Shown: positions 1 through 9,961, counted from the stretch's first letter. The stretch: 32,000 bases of DNA from Mycoplasmoides genitalium G37 (GCF_000027325.1 NC_000908.2:180001-212000); one strand, 5' to 3'. The notes: generated by a model from the letters alone, not told the origin. Program-made: numbers and translations.

Positions 1-746
1 CTGCTATCTTAGGACCTAAGGGTGAGAAGATTAGGGGGATTAGTGAGGAATTTAATGGTGAGATTATTGACATTGTCTTTTGGAATGAAGACAAGTTAAA
101 GTTCTTAATTAATGCCATTTTACCTGCAGAAGTCATTGGTTATAACATCTTGCAGGATGATGAGCGTGATACTAGTATTGAAGTTGTTGTACCTGCAAAC
201 CAAATTGCTAATGTTTTTGGTTTTAAAGGTGTAAACATTAGGTTAATTAGTAATTTAACAGGTTGAAATAGTGTTGATGTTTACAGTGAAAAAGATGCAA
301 GTGAAGCCAACATTAAATTCACGAGGTTAAGCTTTGAACCTGAAGGGTTGTTTGGCATCAAAAAAAGAAGGGAAAAGATCATTAGTAATGATGCTACTGA
401 TAAAGTCTTTTACACCTCTAAAGACAATGTGATAGATGATGAGATTATTGTTGATTTAGCTAAAGATCTAATGGTTGATAATAAACAAAAACAACCTGAG
501 CAAGTTGCAAAGCAAGTTGTTGAAAAATCACAATTAGAAAAACAAGTTACTCCAAAAGAAAAAGAGAAAGTTCAACCAAAAGCTAAGGTTCATTCTAATA
601 GCCATTCCAAAAAACCAGCTAAACCTAATCAGATTTTTTCTATCACTGTTGATGCTAGTGATAAGAATCTTAAAAAAGATCAAGTTGATAATAACCAAAC
701 AAACCCCCAAACAAAACAAACATTTGATAGCTTTGATGATCTTTAA
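1..746 (+). CDS. nusA: Transcription termination/antitermination factor NusA, C-terminal part (5' end outside window)
   Basis: Frame 3 is open from the window edge: AILGPKGEKIRGISEEFNGEIIDIVFW...VVVPANQIANVFGFKGVNIRLISNLTGW(TGA 264-266)NSVDVY, the tandem KH domains of NusA. A K/Q/E-rich tail follows, then stop TAA 744-746. It sits upstream of ylxR-infB-rbfA as in Firmicutes. Confidence 0.9.
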
Positions 747-1018
747 TGCAACTAATAACAAGACTTTGTTTATTAACAAGAAAACATTTTGTTAAAAGAG
801 AACTTTTACGTCTTGTAAAATTAGACAACCAACTTGAAATTGATCTTAATCAAAATCTCAAGGGCAGGGGTTATTATTTGAGTGTTTTTGGTTTAAAGCT
901 AGATAAAAAACACCTCAAAGCTGTAGTTGAAAAACACCTTAAGGTTAGTTGTAATGATGCAAAGCTTACTGCAATGATTACCGCCTTACAACAATTAGCA
1001 CAAGATGAAAAAAAATAG
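746..1018 (+). CDS. ylxR: YlxR/RnpM-family (DUF448) small RNA-binding protein
   Basis: 90 aa. RLCLLTRKHFVKRELLRLV...KGRGYYL matches the YlxR pattern R-x-C...K-x-EL-x-R-x-V...GRG-x-Y-L. It occupies the conserved slot between nusA and infB. The start lies in TAATG, overlapping the nusA stop. Confidence 0.8.
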   Translation: MQLITRLCLLTRKHFVKRELLRLVKLDNQLEIDLNQNLKGRGYYLSVFGLKLDKKHLKAVVEKHLKVSCNDAKLTAMITALQQLAQDEKK

Positions 1019-2864
1019 AGCTTTCAATCAGGTTAAAAAAACAAAGTTTGACGGTAGGATTAAAACCAGTGCCAAACACCAGTTACGTAATGTTAAAACC
1101 GGGGTTAAAGATGGTGTTTTTATCTATAAAGGTCCTTTAACTGTTAGTGAGTTTGCAAGTAAAACTAATATCGCTGTTGCTAACATTATCAAACACTTTT
1201 TTTTAAATGGTTTGGCACTAACAGTTAATTCAGTTTTAACAAATGAACAGTTAGCAGATGCATGTGTTAACTTTGGGTTTGACTTTAAGATGGAAACTGA
1301 AGTTACCCATGAAAATATTGTAGCTAACATCCAGTTTGAAGATAGTGATGATTTATTGCAACCAAGACCACCTATTGTTACTATCATGGGTCATGTTGAC
1401 CATGGTAAAACTTCGCTTTTAGACACAATTAGAAAAACTAATGTAACTGCTAAGGAGTTTGGCGGAATTACCCAAAAAATTGGTGCTTATCAGGTGAAAA
1501 ATCACCAAAATAAAACGATTACTTTTATTGATACTCCTGGGCATGAAGCATTTACTTTAATGCGTGCAAGGGGTGCAAAAGTAACTGATATTGTGGTGTT
1601 GGTTGTGGCAGCGGATGATGGGATTAAAAAGCAAACAGAGGAAGCAATTAGCCATGCTAAGAGTGCTAACACTCCTATCATTGTTTTTATTAACAAGATG
1701 GATAAACCAACTGCTAACCCTGATCTGGTGATCCAACAACTCAATAAGTTTGATTTAGTTCCTGAGGCTTGGGGTGGGAAAACTATCTTTGTAATGGGTA
1801 GTGCTTTAACTGGTCAAGGGATTAATGAGTTGCTTGATAATATCTTGTTGCTAGGGGAAGTGGAGGGTTATCAAGCTAACTATAATGCCCATTCATCTGG
1901 TTATGCAATTGAAGTACAAACTTCAAAGGGACTTGGCCCTATTGCCAATGTCATTGTAAAAAGGGGTACTTTAAAGTTAGGTGACATTGTGGTGTTAGGG
2001 CCTGCATATGGAAGAGTTAGAACGATGCATGATGAAAATGGTAATAGCTTAAAACAAGCAACCCCTTCAAAACCTGTGCAGATCTCAGGGTTTGACATTA
2101 TGCCTGTTGCTGGGGAAAAGTTCATTGTTTTTGATGATGAGAAGGATGCAAAGTTAATTGCTAACAAGTTTAAAGAACAACAAAAACAAAAAGCTAACAA
2201 CTTAACAGTTAATCAAACCTTAAAAGAACAGATTAAAAACAAGGAAATTAAGATATTAAATTTGATCTTTAAAGCAGATAGTGATGGTTCATTGCAAGCT
2301 ATTAAACAAGCAGTTGAAAACATTAATGTTGCTAAGATCTCACTTAGTATCATCCATGCTGCAGTGGGGCAGATATCAGAGAGTGATATTATGCTAGCAA
2401 AAGCATCAGGGGCTTTATTGTTTAGTTTAAACTTAGGTTTGAGTCAAACTGTAAAAAACATTGCTAGTTTACAAGGGGTAAAATTAGAAGTTCACTACCA
2501 TATCCCTAAACTAGCAGAGGAGATTGAAAACATCTTAAAAGGTCAATTAGATCCTGTTTATGAAGAGATTGAAATAGGTAAAGCGGAAGTTTTACAACTC
2601 TGGTTCCACTCTAAAATCGGTAATATTGCAGGAACCATTGTTAAATCAGGAAAGATAAAAAGAGGGAATTTATGTAAGTTATTCAGAGATAAAGAGATTA
2701 TCTTTGAAGGCAGAATTGACTCTTTAAAAAATGAAAAAACGCCTGTTAATTTAATAGAAACAGGGAAGAATTGTGGGATAGTTATTAATGGTTGCAATGA
2801 TATTAAGATTGGTGATATCATTGTTGCTTATGAAAAGCAGATAGTTAAAGATGGCAAGCTATAG
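1005..2864 (+). CDS. infB: Translation initiation factor IF-2
   Basis: 619-aa intact ORF. GTPase motifs are [20 protein letters not shown] and NKMD, followed by IF-2 domains. It overlaps ylxR by 14 nt. Confidence 0.97.
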   Translation: MKKNRAFNQVKKTKFDGRIKTSAKHQLRNVKTGVKDGVFIYKGPLTVSEFASKTNIAVANIIKHFFLNGLALTVNSVLTNEQLADACVNFGFDFKMETEVTHENIVANIQFEDSDDLLQPRPPIVTIMGHVDHGKTSLLDTIRKTNVTAKEFGGITQKIGAYQVKNHQNKTITFIDTPGHEAFTLMRARGAKVTDIVVLVVAADDGIKKQTEEAISHAKSANTPIIVFINKMDKPTANPDLVIQQLNKFDLVPEAWGGKTIFVMGSALTGQGINELLDNILLLGEVEGYQANYNAHSSGYAIEVQTSKGLGPIANVIVKRGTLKLGDIVVLGPAYGRVRTMHDENGNSLKQATPSKPVQISGFDIMPVAGEKFIVFDDEKDAKLIANKFKEQQKQKANNLTVNQTLKEQIKNKEIKILNLIFKADSDGSLQAIKQAVENINVAKISLSIIHAAVGQISESDIMLAKASGALLFSLNLGLSQTVKNIASLQGVKLEVHYHIPKLAEEIENILKGQLDPVYEEIEIGKAEVLQLWFHSKIGNIAGTIVKSGKIKRGNLCKLFRDKEIIFEGRIDSLKNEKTPVNLIETGKNCGIVINGCNDIKIGDIIVAYEKQIVKDGKL

Positions 2865-3189
2865 AAAACAACGGATTGAAAATGATATCATCCGCTTAAT
2901 TAATCGCACGATTATTAATGAGATCTATGATCCTGTTGTTAAGTTAGGTCATGTTAGCCATGTGAAGTTATCAGCTGATTTTTTTCATGCAGTAGTTTAT
3001 CTTGATTGTTATGATCGTAGTCAGATTCAAACTGTAGTTAATGCTTTTAAAAAGGCTCAGGGCGTTTTTAGTCAAATGTTAGCACAAAATTTGTACCTAG
3101 CTAAAAGTGTAAAACTCCACTTTGTGAAGGATGATGCAATTGACAATGCTTTGAAAATAGAACAGATAATTAACTCTTTGAAAAACTAA
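2851..3189 (+). CDS. rbfA: Ribosome-binding factor A
   Basis: 112 aa. [24 protein letters not shown]...HVKLSADFFHAVVYL matches the RbfA family pattern, and the gene sits directly after infB. It overlaps infB by 14 nt. Confidence 0.9.
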   Translation: MASYRKQRIENDIIRLINRTIINEIYDPVVKLGHVSHVKLSADFFHAVVYLDCYDRSQIQTVVNAFKKAQGVFSQMLAQNLYLAKSVKLHFVKDDAIDNALKIEQIINSLKN

Positions 3190-3213
3190 CAGCTTGAAGT
3201 AAAATTAATCCTA

Positions 3214-4053
3214 ATGGACCCACAAAACAAGTCCCCAAAACCACAAGTTAAATCAACTAGATTGGTTGTCAAAAAACAACCAGCAGGTGTTGTTTTTCCC
3301 AAATTGAGTATTCCTGTTAATGATTTTGAAAAAACAGTTACTTTAACAAGAGCACAAAAAAAGGAAGCTAAACTTCTCAAAAAAGCCCAAAGGAAAGCTA
3401 ATAAGCTTAATAATAAACAAGATAGTACCTTTTTCAATTCTGCTTCAGGTGAGACTAATAACACCATTCTTCCTCCTGGTGTTAAAAATCAAGCTGATAA
3501 TAAAACTAACCGTTTTAGTAAATTTATTAGTTTTTTCACTTCTTCAAAAAACAAACAACCAGATGAAATAACAGAAAGGTTAGTTGATGATCCTACTGTT
3601 AAAAACCGTTTTAGTGCTTTTAATAAGAAGCTTATTTGAGTTCTAAAGGATAAAAAACTAAGAGCAAGAGCGTGGAAGATTGTTGGTTATACCAATTTAG
3701 TTATTGTGGCATTTTTTGCTGGACTTTTAGCAGTGATGAATAAGTTCATCACCCTTTCCTCAGTTGAATATCCTGCTATTGCTTTACAACTCCCTATTAA
3801 CAATGCATTATGAGGGATTTCTATCTTTGTTATTAGCATTGTTACTTTACCGTTTTGAACAATGTTTATCTTGTTTTTAATGGGAGTAAAGGATGTGAGA
3901 ACTTCGCGTTCTATCCATTATTTTATCTGGATAGTGTTAATTATTAATGTAGTTTTATTACTAGTTAGTTGCTTGTTGATGATTGCTGCTTATGCCCATC
4001 TTGATGGTTATAACATCTGAAGAAACTTAGAATCACTTAACCCTAATAACTAA
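3214..4053 (+). CDS. Hypothetical membrane protein (Lys-rich N-terminal half, about 4 TM segments in the C-terminal half)
   Basis: The track ORF 3214..3639 continues in the same frame through TGA codons at 3637, 3811, 3856 and 4018 to TAA 4051-4053, giving 279 aa. The C-terminal half is hydrophobic ([19 protein letters not shown]..., [14 protein letters not shown]..., [23 protein letters not shown]). I recognise no family. Confidence 0.7.
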
Positions 4054-4862
4054 TGAAATCACTCTTTATTGGTTATTTTGATGGATTACATCAAGGTCAT
4101 CTATTTTTAAAGCAGAACAGTAAGTTTGAACCAATGGTGTTATTAATTGATAACCCACCTTTAAAACAAACCAACTGGCTTTATGATTTACAACAACGGG
4201 TTGCACAAATAAAAACTTACTTGAAAGCAACTGTAGAAGTATTTGATGTTGCCAAACATAACATGAATGCACTTAGTTTTTTTGAACAACAGATTAAAAG
4301 ATTGAATTGTGATGAAATTATTGTTGGTACAGATTGGCATTTTGGTAATGATCATAAGGATGGGATCTGGTTAAAGAAACTGTTTAAAAATACTGTTATT
4401 GTTAATAAAACAAACCTATCAAGTAGTGTTATCCGTAACTATCTAACTAATAATGAACTTGAAAAAGCTAACCAACTTTTAGTGGAACCTTATTATAGAG
4501 TGGGCACAGTAGTACATGGTTTAAAAAAGGCAAGGTTGCTTGGTTTTCCAACTGCTAACATTGTTATGGATAACCACTTATTGACTTTAAATAAGGGGAG
4601 TTATATAGTAAGAGTTTTATTAAATAACCAAACTTTTTATGGGATTGGTTTTATTAGCCAAAAGGATCAGGATTTGGTGTGTGAAACCCATATCTTTAAC
4701 TTTAATAATGAGATTTATGGTTCACTGGTCAAATTTACACTGTTAAAGTTCATTAGAACAATTAGTAAGTTTTCCAGTCAAGCAGCTTTGCAAAAAGCAA
4801 TTCAAAGTGATGCTAACTTTGCTTTAAAGTGGTTGGAAAACCAAAATTTAGATAAAATTTAA
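4053..4862 (+). CDS. ribF: Bifunctional riboflavin kinase / FMN adenylyltransferase
   Basis: 269 aa. It has the N-terminal nucleotidyltransferase motif [10 protein letters not shown] and the C-terminal riboflavin kinase motif [20 protein letters not shown]. The start lies in TAATG, overlapping the previous stop. Confidence 0.85.
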
Positions 4863-4874
4863 AATCATCCAAAT

Positions 4875-6149
4875 ATGGACAGTGCCCCCAGTGGTTTAAC
4901 TTTAACTGTTATTATCCTTAGCATCATTCTGCTTGCTTTTATCAGCACAGTTGTATCAGCTTATGAAACAGCAATCACTTCTTTAACCCCTTACAGGTGA
5001 AAGAACTATATCAAGACTAACAACAAGCAAGATAAACTATCAACTAAGATAATAAACCACTTTCAAAACCACTATTCAAGTTGTTTAATTACTATCCTAA
5101 TTACTAACAACATAGTGGCCATTATGGTTTCTAACATCCTTTTTTTAGCACTAGAACAAACAATTAAAAATGAGCTTTTATCAAGTGTTTTAAATTTGGT
5201 AGTTAGTGGGGTTTTAATCGTCTCTTTTTGTGAAATTCTACCCAAAACTTTGGGCAGAATTAATGTGATTAGAACCCTGGTTCTATTTGCTTATTTGGTT
5301 TATTTTTTTTATCTGATCTTTTGACCAATTACTAAGCTAACCAGTTTAATTCTCAAAAAGTATGAAAACCCCTTACCTGTTTCAAGGAAAGATGTTTATT
5401 ATTTTATTGATGAAATTGAACAAAACGGTTTATTTTCCAAAGAAGATAGTTTACTGATTAAAAAAACCTTAATCTTTGACCAAGTACTAGTTAAAAAGGT
5501 AATGATCAAGTGAAAAAAAGTGGCTTATTGTTATCTTAATGACAGTATTAACTTGATTGCCAAGCAGTTTTTACAAAGGCAGTTTTCCAGAATGCCAGTA
5601 GTAGATAAAACTACTAATAAGATAGTTGGTTTTATCCATTTAAAGGATTTTTTTACAGCTAAAGAAGCAAACCCTAAGTCACTTGATTTAAACCAGTTGC
5701 TTTATCCAGTTGTTTTAGTTCAAGATTCCACCCCCATCAAACAAGCACTAAGACAGATGCGTTTAAACAGAGCACATTTAGCAGTTGTTAATGATAAACA
5801 TGAAAAAACAATAGGGATTGTTTCTATGGAGGATATTATTGAAGAGTTGGTGGGTGAAATCTATGATGAACATGATGATATCCAACCGATCCAAGTATTG
5901 GATGAAAATGTTTGACTTGTTTTACCTAATGTAAAAGCAGCCTACTTTTTTAATAAGTGAATTAAGCCAGATTTGGTAAAATCAAAAAATATTACTATCC
6001 AGCATTATCTCGCTTCACTAGATAATGATAGTTTTGCTTGCCAAAATAAGCTTGACACTCCCTTATTTAGTGTTGAAGTGATAGCTGATAGCGAAGATAA
6101 AACCAAAATTCTTTACGAAATTAGAAAGAAGAGTGATGTTATTGCTTAG
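4875..6149 (+). CDS. CNNM/CorC-HlyC family membrane protein (DUF21 + CBS pair + CorC_HlyC domain; 'hemolysin C-like')
   Basis: ATG 4875 is in frame with track ORFs 5115..5324 and 5520..5915, through TGA codons at 4998, 5322, 5511, 5913 and 5958, to TAG 6147-6149 (424 aa). The N-terminus is TM-rich. CBS-type segments are RMPVVDKTTNKIVGFIHLKDF and HLAVVNDKHEKTIGIVSMEDIIEELVGEIYDEHD. Confidence 0.85.
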
Positions 6150-7263
6150 AGCATTATTTTTAGAGTTGAAAACCAACAAAAATTGTAAAGCTTTACTTTT
6201 GTTATTAATCCCCTTACTAGTTGGTTTAACCTTGATAATCTATGGGATTGTCTTATTTTCCACTGAAGGGGTAATTGACCATGGTGATCATAACCACTTA
6301 AGAGCAAGGTTTCAACTCACTTTAGAGGAGATTATTGTTTTTGTTGTTGGTAGTATTATCTTGTTTTTTACTTTAGCTAGCTTTTGTGTGAGTTGCTTTA
6401 TGTTAATGAGAAGTCCTAAGCAAAAACAGCTAGAGGTTGATCATGCTAATAAAACTAATTTAAAACCAAAAGCAATAGTTAATTGTGATCTTTTTCAGTT
6501 GGGTGATTACTGTGTGTTTACATTTAAAAAACTTAGCTTTAAACAACGGTTTAAGCAAGATTTTTTTGCTAGAAGTAAGTTTTCGTTTCGCAGTGAACTG
6601 TATCGTCTTTGTTTGGTGGGAGTGTTAATTGCTCTCAATTTAGCGTTAAGTTTGATTGAAATTCCTGGGATAGTTTTACCTTGGGGTAGTTCGATCCAAT
6701 TCCGTTTTTTTAATACGGCTATCTTGTTTATTGCTGTTAGGTTGGTGGGATTATTATCTACTTCTTTAGTGGCTTTAATCACCCCCTGATTACACCTGTT
6801 AATCCATCCTATTCACACCCCCATTAGTAGTTTGTTTTACATGGTTAATGACTTTTTGGTGCTGTGGATCTTTTATTTCTTTTTTTTCCATCTCTTTAAA
6901 GCAGAGGTGATCCAAACTACTACTGTAGTTGACAACAAACCTTTTAGTCAGTTAGTTAATACTAAAAAGACGAAGTGAACAAAGTTTTTTTCCTTACTTG
7001 TAATTAGCTTTTTGTGTGGCTTTATTGAGGGGTTAGGTTTTTACTTTGGTTATTTTTTAATCCTTGGTAATGTTTCTAGTTTAGGATTGAAGATCTATTA
7101 TGATGGGTTACAACAACGTGATCTGATTAACAGTAGTAATGTTTTGTTCTTTTTAATGACAACAACTGCTATCTTCAGTATTAAATACATCTTTGAGATG
7201 TTATTTTTCTTTAGTGTTGAAAAGAATGTAGTTAATATTGCTAACCACTTTGGTTTGTATTAA
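6136..7263 (+). CDS. Polytopic membrane protein of unknown function (C-terminal half weakly resembles an ECF-transporter S component)
   Basis: Track ORFs 6133..6789 and 7012..7263 share a frame and are joined through TGA codons at 6787 and 6976. The start is ATG 6136 (GTG 6133 is possible), giving about 375 aa. There are many hydrophobic segments. It overlaps the upstream gene by 14 nt. Confidence 0.7.
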
Positions 7264-7277
7264 TCTAAACTTTTTGC

Positions 7278-7293
7278 AACTAATTAATTAGTT
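7278..7293. repeat. Perfect 16-bp palindrome AACTAATTAATTAGTT in the intergenic gap
   Basis: Read directly: AACTAATT followed by its reverse complement AATTAGTT. It lies between the stop at 7263 and the ATG at 7302 and carries stop codons in all six frames. Confidence 0.6.
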
Positions 7294-7301
7294 AACTAAT
7301 A

Positions 7302-8531
7302 ATGAAGTATGTAAAAGTACAGATCATCAATAAATCAACTATTGAACTGTTAGAGGATGCTAAAAAAGGGGAAAAAATTAATTTAGATTTAATTAACCAA
7401 GTTGATCAGACCAACATCCTCAATACGATCACTACTAACCAAAAATTAGCATGAGAAAAGGAGTTAAGTGCTCAATTTATCAATCAGCAGAATGAGTTAA
7501 TTAAAAACTTTGAAATTGAGATCATTAAGTTAAAAACTATGCTTAATGACAAAGAGCAAGCATTGTTGTTAAAAACCAAATTAGAATTACAAAACCAGTT
7601 TCAAAAGCAGATAGAGAACTATATCAATGAGATTAACAAGCTCAAGTTAACCAATAAAGAGCTTGAAATTACTAACCAAAAACAACTAGAAAGCTCACTT
7701 AAACTACAGCGAAACGAATTTGAAGAGAAAATCAACCAGCAAAACTTAACGATTGAAAAACTGAAAATTCAACAAGCAAGAAGTAGTATCTGAGCAGTTG
7801 CTAAAAAAGGGAATGAACTTGAAAAGTGGTGTGAAAACCAGTATGAGTCTTATGCAGATAGCTTTGAAAACTGTCAGTTTACTAGGTATAAAACTGAAAT
7901 TAACTTATTAGATGAAAATGATTTTCCTAATGAAAAAGCAGATTACATCTTTAGTTTCTTTGGTGAAAAAACCAATAAAATTCCGTTTTTATCAATTTGC
8001 TGTGAGATGAAAAGTGAGTTTAATGATAGTAAGCATAAATCAAAAAACAAAGATCATATTAGCAAACTGGTCAGGGATGCTAAACGTGCTAACTGCAAGT
8101 ATGCTTTTTTAATTAGTGAACTTGAACTGGAGACTGAAAATGACATCCAAGTGCGCTTAATGCCAACATTGGAAAGTGGTGTTGAAGTCTATCTAGTTAG
8201 ACCAATGTTTTTTATCTTAATGCTTAAACTTTTCTATAAGTTAGCTAAGAAGTTGTTTGCCCTTAACCGTTTTCAATCAGTTGAACTAATTGATAAAAAT
8301 AAGTTAAATGAACAGTTTAAACAGTTGAAAGATAATTTTTTAACCAAAACCTTTTTAGAGATTGAAAAAGTGTGTAAAAGTAACTTAGTTGATATTGAAA
8401 CACTTGAAAAAGCAGTGGTGAAACTAAGGGTTAGAAACGAACGCGTTTTAGATCAGTTACTTAATAAATGAACTAAGAAAATTGATAGCTTTGATTTACA
8501 GTTAACTAAGAAAATTACTAATAACTACTAG
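7302..8531 (+). CDS. DUF2130-like protein: N-terminal coiled coil plus C-terminal domain with a D...ExK (PD-(D/E)xK-like) motif
   Basis: ATG 7302 is in frame with track ORFs 7539..7793 and 8007..8471, through TGA codons at 7452, 7791 and 8469, to TAG 8529-8531 (409 aa). The N-terminal half is heptad-rich. The C-terminal half has GNELEKWCENQYES, KADYIFSFF, ICCEMKSEF and KNKDHISKLVRDAKRANCKYAFLISELE, which match my memory of the DUF2130 signature. Confidence 0.7.
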
Positions 8532-8545
8532 GGTTTAATTTGTTA

Positions 8546-8572
8546 GCTTATTTAGAAAAATTCAAAATAAGC
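8546..8572. promoter_or_regulatory. Dyad symmetry GCTTATTT-N11-AAATAAGC just upstream of the -10 box of the His-rich lipoprotein gene (candidate operator)
   Basis: Arms 8546-8553 and 8565-8572 are exact reverse complements. No T-run follows, so it is a poor intrinsic terminator. It sits where a -35 region or operator would lie. Confidence 0.3.
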
Positions 8573-8576
8573 AAAT

Positions 8577-8582
8577 TATAAT
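8577..8582 (+). promoter_or_regulatory. Candidate -10 box TATAAT
   Basis: This is a consensus Pribnow hexamer 25 nt upstream of ATG 8607. It lies only 4 nt before GTG 8586, which argues against that GTG as the start. Confidence 0.4.
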
Positions 8583-8606
8583 TAGGTGTCTTTCTTTACT
8601 AAAAAT

Positions 8607-9452
8607 ATGAAATTATACCGATCTTTAAAAGCAGCCCTGTTACCAGGGATATGCACTAGCATTTTACTTGCTAGTTGTGCTTCAACAAATACTTATCAAG
8701 ACCAAAGGAATGCCTTGATTAGTTTGGCTTCTAATCGTGATACTTTAATTGCGAATGCTAAAAAATCCAAAGAAGAAGTGCAAAAAGAAGTTACCAAAAT
8801 GAATAGTAGTACTTCATCAATGATGACAGCTACCCAAAGTGTTGCAATTACAACACATCAAACTACTGAAAAAACAAATAATTCTAAGTATGATCTAGAC
8901 AAGCTTTTTAAGGATTACATCCTTTATGTTGTTGATAATTTTTCAGGACTTGTTTTTAAAAGAACTGGCGGTCATAGGATCCAGTTAATCGATAAGGATA
9001 AAGAGATTTTGGATGGTGGTAATCTAACTAAACATACCCACCACGATCATAACCATATGCATAATCATGAACATGAACATGAAGAACACCATGATGAGGA
9101 AGAGACAGAAGTAGTTGGCAGAGCACTATCTTTTACTAATGGCATCTTTCTAGTGATTGACTATAAAAAAGACTCTGAAAGAAAAAATATGAGTGGTTCA
9201 ACTACTATGATGCACCAACACCACCATGAAGCTGAAGAACATAAAGAGGAACGTAAGCTCTCTTTAAACTTAAAAGCATACAAATTTAATACCCCTTTTA
9301 ACATTAGTGAGTTTATTAGTGCTTGACATCATAAAGAATCTCATAATAGTGACACAGAGTTCAATAACCTTCACAATAAGTATGACAAGGAAGAATTGGA
9401 TATTATTGACTATAACTTTGAAGAAAAAGCTGTTGATGAAACAATTGCTTAA
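8607..9452 (+). CDS. Histidine-rich lipoprotein (putative metal-binding surface lipoprotein)
   Basis: Signal peptide and lipobox: MKLYRSLKAALLPGICTSILLAS|C. His clusters are HTHHDHNHMHNHEHEHEEHHDEEE (9033-9104) and MMHQHHHEAEEHKEE (9207-9251). The frame continues through TGA 9324 to TAA 9450-9452. The track starts it at GTG 8586, which I consider less likely. Confidence 0.8.
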
Positions 9453-9494
9453 CTAAAAAAGATAGTTATTAACTTAATTTAGAATTAACTAATG

Positions 9495-9521
9495 ACAGTG
9501 TACACTTACACTGTTTTTTTA
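9495..9521 (+). terminator. Rho-independent terminator downstream of the lipoprotein gene
   Basis: ACAGTGTA (9495-9502), loop CACT, TACACTGT (9507-9514) form a perfect 8-bp stem, followed by TTTTTT (9515-9520) and ATTT. Confidence 0.7.
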
Positions 9522-9545
9522 TTTAATTGAGAAAATATTGGGTTG

Positions 9546-9956
9546 ATGGAACAACAAAACCCTGATCGTTTAAAAAAAGATAGGGAACTTATTTATGCAA
9601 TTGTTACAGCTAAAGGTATCATTAGCCGTTTCTTTTGATCAATCCTTAGTTTTTTAATTACTAACCTTATCTTCTTTTTTGCAGCTTTTGTAGCGCTCTT
9701 AATTTATCTGTTAGCAAGTGTTGATAATCAGTTTGCATTTGTTTTTATTGCTGCAATTATCTTCATTATTTTTTACAACATCTTCTTTTTAAGTTACCTG
9801 TTGTTTATCTATTTTAAGGGCCAGAAAGCAATTGAAAACAACTGTAAGTACCTGTTAACAATCCTTGATATTAAGAGTGATGAACTGTTACCTTTTTCGC
9901 TTTTAGGTAGTTTAAGAAAAGGTTATATGCTAGATGAAATGCTCTTAGAACAGTAA
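9546..9956 (+). CDS. Small hypothetical membrane protein (2-3 TM segments)
   Basis: MEQQNPDRLKKDRELIYAIVTAKGIISRFFW(TGA 9636)SILSFLITNLIFFFAAFVALLIYLL...IFIIFYNIFFLSYLLFIYF, with stop TAA 9954-9956. The frame is open from ATG 9492, but that codon lies within or upstream of the terminator hairpin, so ATG 9546 is preferred. The ORF is absent from the track because of the TGA. Confidence 0.6.
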
Positions 9957-9961
9957 ATATT

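Noticed and set aside
8586-8606. GTG 8586 as the start of the His-rich lipoprotein
   Set aside because: A consensus TATAAT ends 4 nt upstream, so the transcript probably begins after this codon. ATG 8607 gives a normal-length lipoprotein signal peptide. This is not excluded experimentally.
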